Shown here: positions 25,001 through 37,046 of the stretch, one piece after another
How positions within the stretch are numbered: position 1 is the first letter of the stretch
How the letters are laid out: the number at the start of each line of letters is the position of its first letter
Assembly (NCBI GenBank): GCA_001724265.1
Contig: MEDY01000311.1
Span: forward strand, 1 to 46,126
DNA length: 46,126 nucleotides
DNA from: Rhizaria sp. SCN 62-66
Lineage: Eukaryota
Reading direction: 5' to 3'
Program-made: the position numbers and the translations under genes
The notes under the pieces: generated by a model
Databases searched by the model: none
Seen by the model: only the letters and a program-made list of their open reading frames with translations
Told to the model about the DNA's origin: nothing

Positions 25001-28000
25001 CTCAGTGCGTCTGTCTTTCCTCACGACAGCTGGTATGTGCGGCTTTACCACGTACTCGGCCACTGGTGCGCGTCTCTTCTCCACCACGCTGTCACTAATT
25101 TTCGTGCTCGGCGACACCCAGCAAGAAGTGTTACCGTCATGCCAGTATCCCTCGCGTGACCCCATTGTGATGTATGTCGAGATCGCGTCCGGCAACGTCC
25201 ATTTGCCTGTTGTCACTGTGCCGCTTCTCTCGCAGGGCACTGTTGTGTTTACGACAGAACATGTTGCCAACGCTCTGACTGGTGAAATGACTGCTGGCCG
25301 CGACTGGGCATTTTCACTGCGGCTTGACCCCGTCGCGACTGAGGACACGACGATAACAATTGCCGTTGGCAGAAAGACCAACAATAGCTTCACTCCTGAC
25401 GATTGCTCGATCCGCCTCGCGTCAAGTGAGACGCTATGGGTTGACCTTGTGTATGGCCCCTTTGAGTTCGACTTTACATCCACCACGCTCACTGTTGATT
25501 TTGTGCTCAACTGTCTTACCTGGATTCCATCACTGCCCTCTGTACTGTACGTTACCAACCCATCAAACGGTTGGTATGGCGCCTTCCAATCTGGCCCATT
25601 CCTTGTTCGCGGTGCAATGTGGATTGAAGACTATGCCGCAGAGCCGCTGCCAACGATTCCAAGTCTGACCTCAGCCGCGACGCTTACGCGTGTTCCTGTT
25701 GATGCTAGCTACGTTGCCCGAGTCCGGTTCCAACCCGCAGTGATGGGTGCGGATGGTGGCATGGGCTTCACGTTCTCTGTATCACAAGACTCAACATGTA
25801 ACGTCACTTCGCTGACACATCTAGAGGACGGTACACCTGGGCTGTACGTTGAAAACGGTGTGAGCGAGGTTACGATTGCACTGCTCTGCACAACGTTTCT
25901 TTCTCAGACAACACTTACAATTTCGCCTTTGGACGGTGTTTTCTATAGCCCGTACACAACGCCACCGTTCTCTGTGGAGAACCGCTTTGCAGTCACTGTG
26001 GTCGCGGTGCATGTGTTGGAAGCGTTCAAGATTCCTGTGACATTCTTGCCTCAGAACGCTATTGTGGGTCTTGGCCAGTTTGTGCGTTACCGCGTGTCAG
26101 TCGATTCTAATTACACACAGTGCTTGGGTGCACTTGTCGGTGCTGCTGAGTCTGACCCTGCGCCGGCCGTCACCAATTCGACGGCGTGGAAGTCTCTGAC
26201 TAACGGCGGGTACCTTGAAGTTGCTGCCCTACACACGACCTCGTCTGCTTTCTGGCTTCAGTGCCAGGTCAAGACTCACTCTCAGTCTGGCGAACTTGAC
26301 GACGGCGCTGTTATGCCCCGGTTTGTCATTAATCGCGTGAATGGCACATCATTTATGTCGTTCACCTCGGATCCTTTCTCTGTATCTCTTATTGACTGCG
26401 GCTTCTTCGGTCAGTCAGACAACCGCACTGTTTCCTATCAGGACAACGGGTTTGGTATGACGCACTACAAGGCCACCGCGACCTTCGTCTGTGATGGTGG
26501 TTATGATCTCGTCACAACCGACACGCCTGCGTGCACAACTAACAACGCGATGTCCCCGCCTGTGACAACGTGTGCGCTCACCGCAACGTGCACTGCAGCA
26601 GGATGGTCCGTTCAGGCTCCCACCTGCTCAGTGCATGACTGCGGTACCGTACCTCCGGCGTTTGCAGGTGTTGGCACGAGCCCTGTTCAAGTGCGCAGTG
26701 GTACCACATCTTCTGCTAACAATGGCTCGACCACGTTTGGCGCAGTATACCAGTATGGCTGCTTGTCTGGCTTTGACCTGGCTACGTCGACATCTGAGCT
26801 GTCGTGTACCGCAGGTGGTTGGAGTTCGTTGACTGCGCCTGCTTGTCTGGCTGTCGAGTGTTCCACTCTTGCGCTTGCAAACAACGTTGGTACCATTACT
26901 TACTCGGAACAGCCGTATGGCTTGCGTAAGTATTTGTCCGTTGCAACGCATGAGTGCGCGGCACTGTACGAGCGCACTGATGGTGACTTAAAGCGCCAGT
27001 GCCAGGCCAACCGGACCTGGTCTGGTGTTGCGCCCATCTGCCGCTCCAACACGTGCGTAAGGCTGTACAACGATGCGACAACAATGCAGGCTATTACGTT
27101 TATGCGTGATGGAGTCAAGGTCACTGCAGACGTGTCGGGTACATACTTGACCGGCACCATTGCACAGTATGCATGCGCCGATGGCTACGTATGGGAAAAC
27201 GCGGACGCTGTAACCGCGCGTACGTGTGTCATGGCACAAGGGTGGCTTCCTACTGAGACGCCGCGCTGTGTGCCACGCCCGTGCCCCGCGTTGCAGACCG
27301 TGTCTCTAGGTCTTGTTGTCCAGTCACCCGCCAGTATGCTGAACATGTACGGGACTACGGCAACGTTCAGCTGTGAGTATGGCGCTGTGCTAAGTCACTC
27401 CGACCCGTCTATTATCTGTGAAGCAAGTGGCCAGTGGTCCAGTGATCCGCGCACATGCCAACCGTATTCATGTGGTATTCCGGGTGCTGTCACGTATGCC
27501 ACAATTTCTATCTCCAACGCAGGCCAGCACGGTTTAAAGGGCAACTATCTTAACACGTCTCGTGTCGAGTACCGCTGCAACGTCGGCTACAATCTGCGCT
27601 ATACCGGCTACTCGCTTGGTGACGGTACAGGCTACGTTCAGCAGGCGCTTCAGCAAGGTGTAATGGTGCCTGTCGCGCAGCGCGAATGCACGCCGAATGG
27701 GTGGATTCCATCGACATTGCCGATTTGCGAGGTGAATCAGTGCTCAGTGCTGACTGTGCCGGACAACGGCGCATCTATCAGCTACACTGACGCCCTTAGC
27801 ACGAGCAACAACGGACTCGTCCAGCGTTCGTATGGTACTGTTGCAACGTACTCATGTAACCTCGGCTACGAGCCCCGTGACGCGGCGACTGATGCACGCA
27901 CAAATGGCACGCTTCGTTGCGGTATACTGACGGAGAACTGGATCCCATCAGTCGCCCCCGTCTGTGGCGCAATTGATTGCGGTGCAATCACAACAAACGC

Positions 28001-31000
28001 TCTCTACGCCGCAGATGTGACTTATGAGTTCAACGAGATTACGATGGCGGGTCCTACTCGTTACCAGGCTACTGCTGTTTACCAGTGTCTACCCGGCTTC
28101 GCACTTCCTGGTGGCGCCAATGTCTTTACGCGCACCTGCTCCGCGTCCAGGACGTGGGTTCCAGCGCAACCGGAGTGTGTGGATGTTGATGAATGCGACC
28201 CATCCATCTATGGTGGGCGTTTTTTTGTCGACTGTGCCACTCTTTACGGTCCTAAGTCCCGTTGTACTAACACGTTTGGTTCGTTTGTGTGCTCGCCTGT
28301 TATTACGCTTGATGTTGAACCCAGCTTTGTCACCACGACCTACGGTGAGATCAAGTACAACGACACAAGCCGCGAGATAGTGCCTTCATCGACTGCCGGT
28401 GGTCAGATTATCACATTTAGCGTCAACGCGGGCGCCAATATTGCTCCACCGTACATTACGCGTGTGCAGTACTCGAACCCTGATGTCACGATCTACACTA
28501 ACTCTTTGTTGCTGCTGTACGAGTGCAGGGACGTGCAAGTGACGCCCGTTATAAAGGCCGGTGAAATCAAGACGTTTGCCGTTGAATGCACGCTTAGTGC
28601 CGGCCAAGGTACCGACTTGTATCTCAAGCTACAATACTGTATCCAGTCCAATGCCTATGTCAACAGCAATAATACTGTATCATGCTCAACTTGGAATTGG
28701 GGCTGGACCGGAACATATGACCAGGCTGATGCTGCGCATCGTAATGACAACAACGGCCTCCGGATCTCGTACCCCAAGCATTACTTCGTCCCGTCAACGC
28801 TGCACTCAATCACGGTTGCAGGACCCGGTCAGCGCACAAATGACTACGTTAGTGCGTCCAACATTGGTGAGGATATTGGTCTTGATGTCGAGAACCTTTT
28901 CTTAGAGCGCGAAGAACTCATTAACATCACATACGGCAAGGGAACCACACCTGAAGACTACCCCCATGTGTGCACGTATAATCTTGCGATGTCGTTAGAT
29001 TATAGCAGCTCACGTCGCACTATTGTGTGCCGCACAAAGGACAACGTCGACGATGTTGACCTTAAGTTTAGGCTTATACTTGCAAACCGCGTTGCCTATG
29101 GTACTGACATGTATTCGTACCCGCAGATGCCCACAATCGAGTCGGTCTATGGCTGCCCTCAGGACGACTTGGTTGCGCGCAACACGCACAACTGCCCGAC
29201 TGACAGCGGTGATGTGCGTCTTACAATTGCTGGCACAGGATTCCTGGAGCCTCTCTCTGCGCTTGTTAGTGGCCGCCAATGCACTGACATCAACCGAATT
29301 AGCAACATGCTTTTTGACTGTAAGCTCCCGGTGGGTACTGGCTCTAGTTTGTCCCTTATTGTAAAGGCTGGGTCACAACGTTTCGAGTCGCGCAGCCGCA
29401 TTTCATACGCACTACCAACTATCACTTTAATCCGCGGCTGTGAACGTGTCTCTGACACGGCGATTCGCGAGTGTAATCGTCAAGGCGGCGACCGTATTAT
29501 GCTGATCGGTGATAACTTTGGTCAAACTGGCGCAACGATCTCTATTGGTGGCTTGACATGCACGAATCCCATTCACTCAACTTCAAATCCACACCGCGAA
29601 ATCACGTGCACAACGCCTGGTGATGCCTCTGTGGACCGTCCAGTTACACTGTTGCAGCGTTACGGTGAGCTTTCGCGCAATTCAATCTTACTGTCATACG
29701 TGCAGTGCCCACCCGGTTTTCGCGGCGAGGATGTCACCTGCGTGCCTTGTGAGACAGGCAATTTTAACGATATGTGGTCTCAACTTGCATGTCGCCAGTG
29801 CCAGCCTGGTTACTATACGAACACAACCCAATCAACCACGTGTTCATCGTGCCCCGTCGGCACATACTCGGGACTTGGACAGACGGAGTGCAAGCGCTGC
29901 CCGCGCGGCACCTTCTCTCAGGAGCGTGCCGAGAGCTGCTATCAATGCGCACCCGGCACCTACGCCGCGCAAGAGGGCAGTGCACAGTGCGAGGCATGCC
30001 CTCTCGGCGCTGAGCACACATCGGACTACTCTTATTGTCAGTGTAAGGCTGGATCGTACATGGACGCAACGCGTGTCTGCCGCACCTGCATGCTCGGTGG
30101 TGACTGCTCCCAGCCAGGTACGTCAGTCTACAACGTCAAATCGCTGCCAGGTTACGCGCCATCGGTCACACTGCAGAAGCGGGACGGTGTCGTGCGTATC
30201 GTCGCCCCCGTTGCGGTGGATGACAGCGGCGTAGATGGGGGCAGCGCTAACAACGATGATGGTCGCCGTAGCGCGCAATCAAAGGTCATTAAGATTCTCT
30301 TCGACAATGCTTCGCGTCCCCGCGAGCGCTTCACCTTTATCAGTGTCACGACAAAGCTCATTAGCAGGCACAATAGCAGCGCCGCATTCGTCACGGCGGG
30401 TCTCGACACATCTTCTTACGGCACCGCTGCTGGAAACTCTACCGATGAAGACACGGACCCTGACACTGTTGTTCTGATGCATCTCGTTACCATCGACCTG
30501 ACACCGCCTGCGTTCAGCTCTGAGCCACCCGCGAGTGTTGTGGCAGCAGATGCCTTGGAGGCCCTTAACGCATACACGACGCTTGAGGGTAAGATCAACC
30601 TTGGTGCTGTCACTGCGATGATCCACCCTGAGTACACGCGCTTTGCGACAACGTCTTTCGAGGTTTGCCTTGCTAAGAGCTGTCTTGGTGCGAGCCAGTG
30701 CATTGAAGGCCATGGTGGTCCGCTCTGCACAGTGTGCTTGCCAGGCTACGGCAAGACGTCAACCTTTGTTTGCGCACGATGCAACGAGCCCGCGCTACGG
30801 TGGTTCTATCTTATCCTTGCGGGTCTTGGTGGTATTATTGGTTGCGCGATTCTTGCTTGGAAACAAATCGTTGACGGTCGCCAGTCGATGAACGAGCTGC
30901 CCGCGCCGGCAGTGCCACTTCTGTTTAAGATTGCCATGTCTGGTCTCCAGGTTATGTCCATTGCCACGCGCTACGATCTGCGCTGGCCTGGTTTCTTGTC

Positions 31001-34000
31001 CACCATGTTTGACTCCGCTGACACTGTTTCCGGCGTTGGTACCGCAATTGTTTCGCTCGATTGCTTCCTCGGTGACGAGCCGGCCGTCAATCCGTTCTGG
31101 GTGACGTCTATCGGAATCATGGTACTGCCTATCCTGGGTATTCTTCTCCCTGTATCTTTCTTTGCTCCTCGCTACCTTGTTGCAAAGCGTCAGTACAAAA
31201 AACACGTGCTGGCTGAGTTTTCTGAGCAGCGTCAACTGTTGTCGCAGATGGTCAGTGATTATGAGGAGTATCTTCGCAGTCGTGAGCGTGTAACTGCGGC
31301 TAAGCGCCGCCGCGACGTGCTCGTGGCTGCTGAGCGTGATCACCGCACGCTGATCTGGGAAAATGTCAACGACCGTGACTCGATGGGCCTGATCACGCAG
31401 CTCGCTGACACACATAAGGCTATTGACGATAAGAGGGGTAACGCGGATATTGACATTAACCGAAAGGACGGCTATAACGCAGCAGCCGTGTACGCCAAGC
31501 GCGTGGTTGGCAAACGCCGTATGTTGCGTGTTCGCGCCCAGAAGGAAGCCACTGCTGGCGCAACTGTGAAGCCCCAGCCCAGCACTTCGGCGCGCAGCGT
31601 CAACAATACTGCCACTAACTCCCCTCGTCTCGCACCACTGGCACCACCTGAGAAGCCATACAACCCTGCTGCACCGGCTACATTTGCCGACTTCGCTGGC
31701 GTTCGCTCGTCGTCGGCTGCTTTCACTGCTGGCTCCGCAACAGCGTCGCCCGTATTGAATGCGCATGCCCTGGCGCAAGCTACGCGCCGTCGCAACAGCG
31801 TTGTACAGGCGCGCGAAAGATCCCCGAACGCTAGCCCTCTTCAGCCGTCGGGTTCAAGTGGTAACCTTGGCAACGCGCTGAGCAGTAGCCGCCGTAGCTT
31901 TGGTGGTGGTGATAGCAACGCATTCTTTGGTCCCAGTACTTGCAACTCCGGTCACTTCCCGCTCTCGCTCCGTCAGCATGTGTCTCGGCACAATGCACGT
32001 GCAGCATCACCGAACATTACCCCTGCGACATCGCATGTTGCTTCGAACGCAGTGCAGCGCGGAAGTGTCCGCAGTCTTTCACCGTCGCATGTGAGCAAGC
32101 TCAAGCTCGACTCGCCGAATGCCTCGGCGAAGCATTGCGCGGCAACTGACAGCGATGATGATTGCCATCTCGAGTACTCTATCTCGCACTTCCAGGGCCG
32201 CGTTACTGCTGCACATGATGGTGATGATTCAAGCAGCAGTGGCAACAGCGACAGTAGTCATCTCAGTGCTTCAAGTCATAACAGTCGCCGTGGTGCCGCT
32301 AGCCGCAGTCGGAACAGCTCCCACCGTGACTCCCCCGCTGTTGCCACATTACCCAACGTCCTCACACTTGATGCTAGCACCCGCCGTCGTATGTCGCGCA
32401 AGAGTGCGAGGACGACTGGCGATGCTAACTCGTTTGTGTCACTCTCAACTGCTCGCAAACCTGCCGCTATGTTTGTCGCCACATTTGATAACACCGCTGA
32501 TGACGTCGCTGAAACCTCGCAAGTGCAACACCTCGCGTTCGACCACAACGACCTCCTGGACTCAAGTGACGACAAAGCTGACGATGACCACTCGACAGGA
32601 GGAACCACGCACAGTTACGATGACTCGCGCTCTGCCCGCATGACCTCACACGACATCACATCCTGCGACGGCAAGATGTCGCGCTACCCTTCAAGCCTTG
32701 AATCACATGACGATGACGCTCACTCTTCCGAGCTCGGCACTAGCTCCACCCTTGGTTCTTCCTCCGTCGCGAGTGCAGAGATGCGCGAGGCCACGGCTCT
32801 TTACGACAGCGTAGCGGATGACATTGCCGCATCCATTTACGCTGAGACTAATGGCCATGAGCAAGCAGGGACCGATAAATTAAGGTCCAGCGACAGCGTG
32901 ACGAAGCGCATTGTTGATGACTCGGTGTTTGCGTTCCAGCTTGAGGTGCTCGATTCTGCCACGGTCACTGAAGTTGCCCTGATGCACGCCTTTGCGAGGG
33001 TCCGCGAGGACAAGACAGAGGCATTTGCACGCACAGCGCGCGAGGTCGAGGTGTACTCTCAGATTGTGCGTGAGACGCCAGAATTCTCCGAAGCGCAGCG
33101 CGACAAGCTGATTGCGGCCTCTAAGACAACCGAGGCTATGTCGCGCGTTGTGCAAAGCCAAGAGGATCTAGAGATCATGCGCGTTCTTGCGCAGCAGACG
33201 TTTGAGGCAATGTATGAGGCTGAACAGCTGCGCGAGCGCGTGCTGCGCCGCGAGCGTGAGTTCCAAAAGGAGCGCGCGGAGCAGCAGCTTGCTTGGTACG
33301 TGCTTAACTATGGCGATAAAAAAGGCACGAAGCAGTTTGAGACAGAGCGCGCAAAGAGGCTGAAGGCTGAGCCTCCGCAGCTGACTGCATCCGAAATGCG
33401 CGTGCGCCTCGACGTTGCTGAAACGCAGTACAACCAGGCGTCGTCGGAGTACCTCGGCTACATCATCACCGCCATTACCGTCGTCATGTTCATGATTCAC
33501 CCCAACATCACGCGGCAATTCTTCACCATTCTCTCGTGCAAGAACGTCGGTGGCAGTGACGATCCCAGCGCTCGCGTCGTGCTCGGTGAAATGACTGAGC
33601 GGTGCTTCTCGTCGCAACACATCTTCTTCATCTTCGTGCTCGGCGTACCCATGCTCATCATGTGGGTAATTGGCATTCCGTTCTTCGCCTGGATTGTGCT
33701 GTTCCGCAATCGTGACCTTATCACCATGCCTGCCCAGGGCGCATCAGCCGTGACGCGGAACCAGAAGCGCATCTTCGAGTCACAAATGGCCTTCCTATAC
33801 CGCGGGTACAAGCCCACGCGCTATTACTGGTTCCTGAACGAAATGGTCCGTAAGGCCCTTCTCGTCGCCATCGCAGTCTTCTTCCCGGGCTCGCTGCACA
33901 CACAGCTGCTGATGGCTTCGCTGCTTATCTTCGTGTGTATTTTGATGCAAATTCTTGCGCGGCCGTTCGAAAACAAGATCCCTGAAATTGTCGAGTTCCT

Positions 34001-34955
34001 CTCGCTCTTCTCCTCCTTCATGGTTTTCTTCCTGGCCAACTTCCTCTTCGTCGACACTGTAAGCGAAGAATCCAAGACTGTAGTCACAGTTTTCATCATC
34101 CTTGTTGTGCTGTTATTCTGCGTCTCCGTCGTTGCTGGCTTCTTTTACCTCACCAAGGAAGAGTCCAAGCTCACGTCACTGCGCACTGCGCTCCGCGCCG
34201 CGCACGCGCAGGGTCAGGATACTGCGCCCGTGATTCGTGAGTGGCGCATTAAGCGTGCGCGCGAGCGCCGGTTTAAGCTTGCAGAGCGTGAGGGTTCCGT
34301 TGCTGCAGTCACCAATGCTACGTCCGGGTCTCCGAATGACGACGGTTGCACAACGCTTAAGTCAGTCCAATCTGCTTCAGCCGCTGCCGCAACCGCCCAG
34401 TCTCGCGACATCGAAGATGGCTGGGGCGCTGACGGCGACGCGGCTCGCAACTCTGGCGTGACGTCGCTCTTCACGCTCACACGGTCCTCGCGCAACGAAA
34501 AGCTGCGTGGCGCCTCTGCAGCAATCCGCGACGACGCGCGCGACGCCACGCTCTTCGCCAGCTTCGCACCCGCGCCTGGTGTCGCGGGAGGCGACGCTGT
34601 TATTGGCGACTTAGGTCTCAACGCAGCGCAGCGTGGGTTACAGCTGGTAACGCTGCTTGATGCCGGCAGCGACATCCAGACCTCTGTTTCCACGGATCCC
34701 ATATATGTCAACGCACGCTCACAGCGTATTGGCGCTGATGGAGCTGCGGACAATGTTGCGGGCGATGACGCTGTTAAGCTGTTCACCGAGACGCTCGCTA
34801 ACCACGTCATGGCGCGGTCAATGACCGACAAGCGCCAATTTGCGCTTGATCTGACCCATAGGCATGTAAATTCTGACATTGCGAGACGTGAGACGTTTGA
34901 AGCTCTCGATGACGATGCCACTGACGTCGATGCACCATCGCGGCAAAATATGTGA
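1012..34955 (+). CDS. Giant (~11,239 aa) cell-surface multi-pass membrane protein, join(1012..1823,2048..34955), with two in-frame TAG codons. Order: signal peptide, long beta-rich ectodomain, propeller-like region, Cys-pair repeats, 8 Sushi/CCP, Ca-EGF, IPT/TIG-like, Cys-rich TNFR/GCC2_GCC3-like repeats, ~9 TM module, C-tail
   Basis: ATG 1012 starts a hydrophobic signal (MALTIFLITLLLSTPVDS), with an in-frame TGA upstream at 949-951. A phase-2 intron GTACGT(1824)...TTCCACAG(2047) joins exon 1 to the long frame (GSEL|DYDGY). ORFs 1986, 3549 and 20649 are all in one frame and separated only by single TAGs. The frame ends at TGA 34953-34955. Confidence 0.8.
1638..1753 (+). repeat. Short intragenic repeat encoding an acidic Pro-rich DPEDPG linker
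   Basis: TCGATCCAGAGGATCCGGGTG occurs at 1697-1717 and 1733-1753, with a partial GGATCCGGGTG at 1638. The protein reads PVDPGDGEV...PLDPEDPGGGEVPIDPEDPGD. Confidence 0.85.
1824..2047 (+). other. Spliceosomal GT-AG intron (224 nt, phase 2) of the giant gene
   Basis: Donor GTACGT, AT-rich body with stops, pyrimidine-rich 3' end TGTTTCTTGTCACATTCACTTCCACAG. The phases match (CT+C = Leu). Confidence 0.75.
3531..3533 (+). other. In-frame TAG #1 within the giant CDS (..EVENP-TAG-ISTSRVSRF..)
   Basis: CCC TAG ATA AGT ACG TCT AGG GTG; the same frame then stays open for 17 kb. Confidence 0.7.
20601..20603 (+). other. In-frame TAG #2 within the giant CDS (..HTVSSA-TAG-SAGSIVIVYND..)
   Basis: GCA TAG TCT GCA GGA AGC ATT GTC...; the same frame then stays open for 14.3 kb to TGA. 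Confidence 0.7.
26391..28292 (+). other. Eight tandem Sushi/CCP domains followed by one calcium-binding EGF domain (within the giant CDS)
   Basis: The pattern C...A-x-Y/F-x-C-x-x-G-Y...C-x-x-x-G-x-W...P-x-C recurs 8 times, followed by DVDEC...C..NTFGSFVC. Confidence 0.85.
28300..30790 (+). other. IPT/TIG-like domains, Cys-rich CPxGTY/F repeats and a juxtamembrane CIEGHGGPLCTVC motif (within the giant CDS)
   Basis: PTIESV...LTIAGTGF...SGRQC and PTITLI...LIGDNFG...GGLTC...ITCTTP; repeated C-P/A-x-G-T-Y/F units (about 29700-30100); C-x-x-G-x-x-G-P-L-C-x-x-C just before TM1. Boundaries approximate. Confidence 0.75.
30800..34150 (+). other. Multi-pass transmembrane module (~9 helices) split by a ~760-aa low-complexity loop
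   Basis: Hydrophobic segments at about 30800-31165 (3) and 33450-34150 (6), with motifs FLYRGYK, YYW..E..RK and ARPF. Helix count estimated by eye. Confidence 0.75.
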
Positions 34956-35128
34956 TGTGTTTTTTTGTGTGTTCTCTTGTCCATATATATATTGCCTCTG
35001 TTCTTGCTCCTGTTCTTCTCTTCGAGTAGTTGATTTAGGTAACAGTGTCAAAATCACGCACTGTACTGTGATTTTATCTTGCTAATTATTCGCATCAACA
35101 CCGCCGCACATGTACATTTTTTTTTACA

Positions 35129-35291
35129 AACACGAGTCGTTGCTTCACTGTACTCTCGCTGGTGATTGTGTAAGCGTGCGTGCCAACACGAGAACACTCG
35201 TGTCGACTGTCTGCCAATTACTGCAGACAAGCACTCTAGCTGATCATCAGCACCTTAAGAGCAATCACACTGGTTGATTCGGTGTCGTGTT
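35129..35291 (-). ncRNA. Candidate structured RNA or small element with nested hairpins, function unknown
   Basis: Stems: ACACGAG/CTCGTGT (35186-35203), TGTCTGC/GCAGACA (35208-35229), GCTGA/TCAGC (35239-35251), GTGATTG/CAATCAC (35162/35262) and AACACGA/TCGTGTT (35129/35285). G-U pairs extend the stems on the minus strand. Confidence 0.35.
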
Positions 35292-37046
35292 GACCATTAG
35301 CTTGTACGAATCATTATTGTCTCATGTATACTTTTTTGTTACCTACCTCTCTCACTTTAGTTTTCATTTGTTTATTTTGTGCTTTTAGTGTCGTTATTTT
35401 TCTGTATCAAACTTCAGAGTGAAATGTCCTGTGCAAAATGTGTCAAAACCGTTCTGTCGTTTTGGACTTGCTTTCTCCTGACTTTTGACAAATTCCTTCT
35501 CGTTTATTGCGCATTCATGATTGACATGTATAGAAACACTAAGTTCGAAGTCATCATGATATTGCTCTGTCTAAATCCCTGTTCATTCTGCAGCAACCGC
35601 TTCGTGGTCGGACTGCCTTCGTATAACGACTTTCACTGGGCATGCGTTGCTCATGTCTTGAGCCGGCCCCTCGAGTAAAAAATAATTTGACCATTACTTG
35701 AGGGTTGGCATTCCATTATATAGTACGAGTATGTTCATGTGGAACATCTCAATAATGCTGTTTCTCGTACTTTGTGTACCGCTAGTGACAAGGCACACAG
35801 CATTGTTCCCCTATTTCTGAAAGATTTGAATGCGTGTTTACTATGCACATATTCTCGTTTTGTCAATGATCCTTCTTCGCTATTTGTATCTGGGTTCAGT
35901 CATTACATGCAACAGTTCATACTTGTATGGTTCTTTCTTTCTTAAGTTAACCACGCGAATTCATTTTTAACTGCAGGTGTCCCTCGTGTCCTGCGAGCCC
36001 AATCATAACTTTCTGTTTCATCCGTAATCTTTTTTTCTTAATAGTCCAATACACTTATTTCCTTATTTTAATCTCAATGACAAGCACCCGAATCGAAGCC
36101 ATTGTATCCTGTCGTAAAAGCTTCAGCTTACTGTTACTCCCCAGTCAAGGTTTGTTGGCCTTCGATATTTGGGCGTTCGATATCTTTTATGACCAAACAC
36201 ATCTTACCTAAAATTAGTGTAAAACGTCAGCATTGAAGGCAATATTTAAATAAAAAAACGTGTCGAAAGCATACAATTTAAATTTAGTTCACATTAACAA
36301 AGATCCCATACATGAAATATCATAAAAATAATGATCTGTGAGGCAATTCAGTTAGCTTACGTATTTACAGGGAAATCGCCGGATGAGTTGAACGCTGAAG
36401 TAATCTCGTCGTTCCGTGCGATGCTGCGTTTGCAGGCAGCTGCATCCGCAATATCCGTCGTGCTTAAGCCCGCGCGCGTGTGCTCTCAAGCACATACCCT
36501 CCGCATTCGCAAACTTGGGTGTCTCCGTGTACCCGAACACTTTCAAAAGGTACTACTAGTAGTATCAACCAGATCGACAGAAAAAATAACATCTTATTTT
36601 GGTTCAAGTTCAAACAACACGGAGAAAAAGTTATATGAATCCCCTTTGTCTTTCGACTTCATACAAGCCCCCCCCCCCCCCCCCAATTTCACGAGTTTCG
36701 TGAGTGATTACGATTCACTATGATTTGTATTTATGCATACTTTATGCGTGTCTATGAGTTGATCGCACACATCTACTGCGCGCGTCTCTGTTGCACAAAA
36801 CCTCACTCAAAATAGCACTCTGACACTGCAGCTGCTATGTCACCGATGCGTACATGTAAGGTTTCACTTTCCTCACTCCAATCACGTCTTATCATCATTC
36901 GCTCATCCTTATTGTTCACCCTTCACATCCATTCGATACACTTACGTACGTACATTTTATTTTACATTAACCTTCCTCTCGCACTGAAGCAAGGCATACG
37001 TTCGAGCCACACGGACGTCGTTGCGCACACGTTGTTACGTTCCGCC

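Noticed and set aside
1986-34955. Three independent genes (515, 5684 and 4768 aa), a bacterial-style operon, or a nonsense-mutated pseudogene
   Set aside because: The segments share one frame, the gaps are only 15 and 45 nt, two starts are GTG, and none has its own signal peptide. There are no frameshifts or TAA/TGA across 33 kb, and the context is eukaryotic.
30795-34984. Minus-strand ORFs of 327 and 256 aa and many short ORFs overlapping the giant gene
   Set aside because: These are antisense or alternative-frame artefacts of a long coding region.
35225-35290. Possible suppressor tRNA (CTCTAGC loop with CTA) or hammerhead core (CTGATGA on the minus strand)
   Set aside because: There is no proper anticodon stem, D-arm or TTC arm, and no downstream GAAA for a hammerhead.
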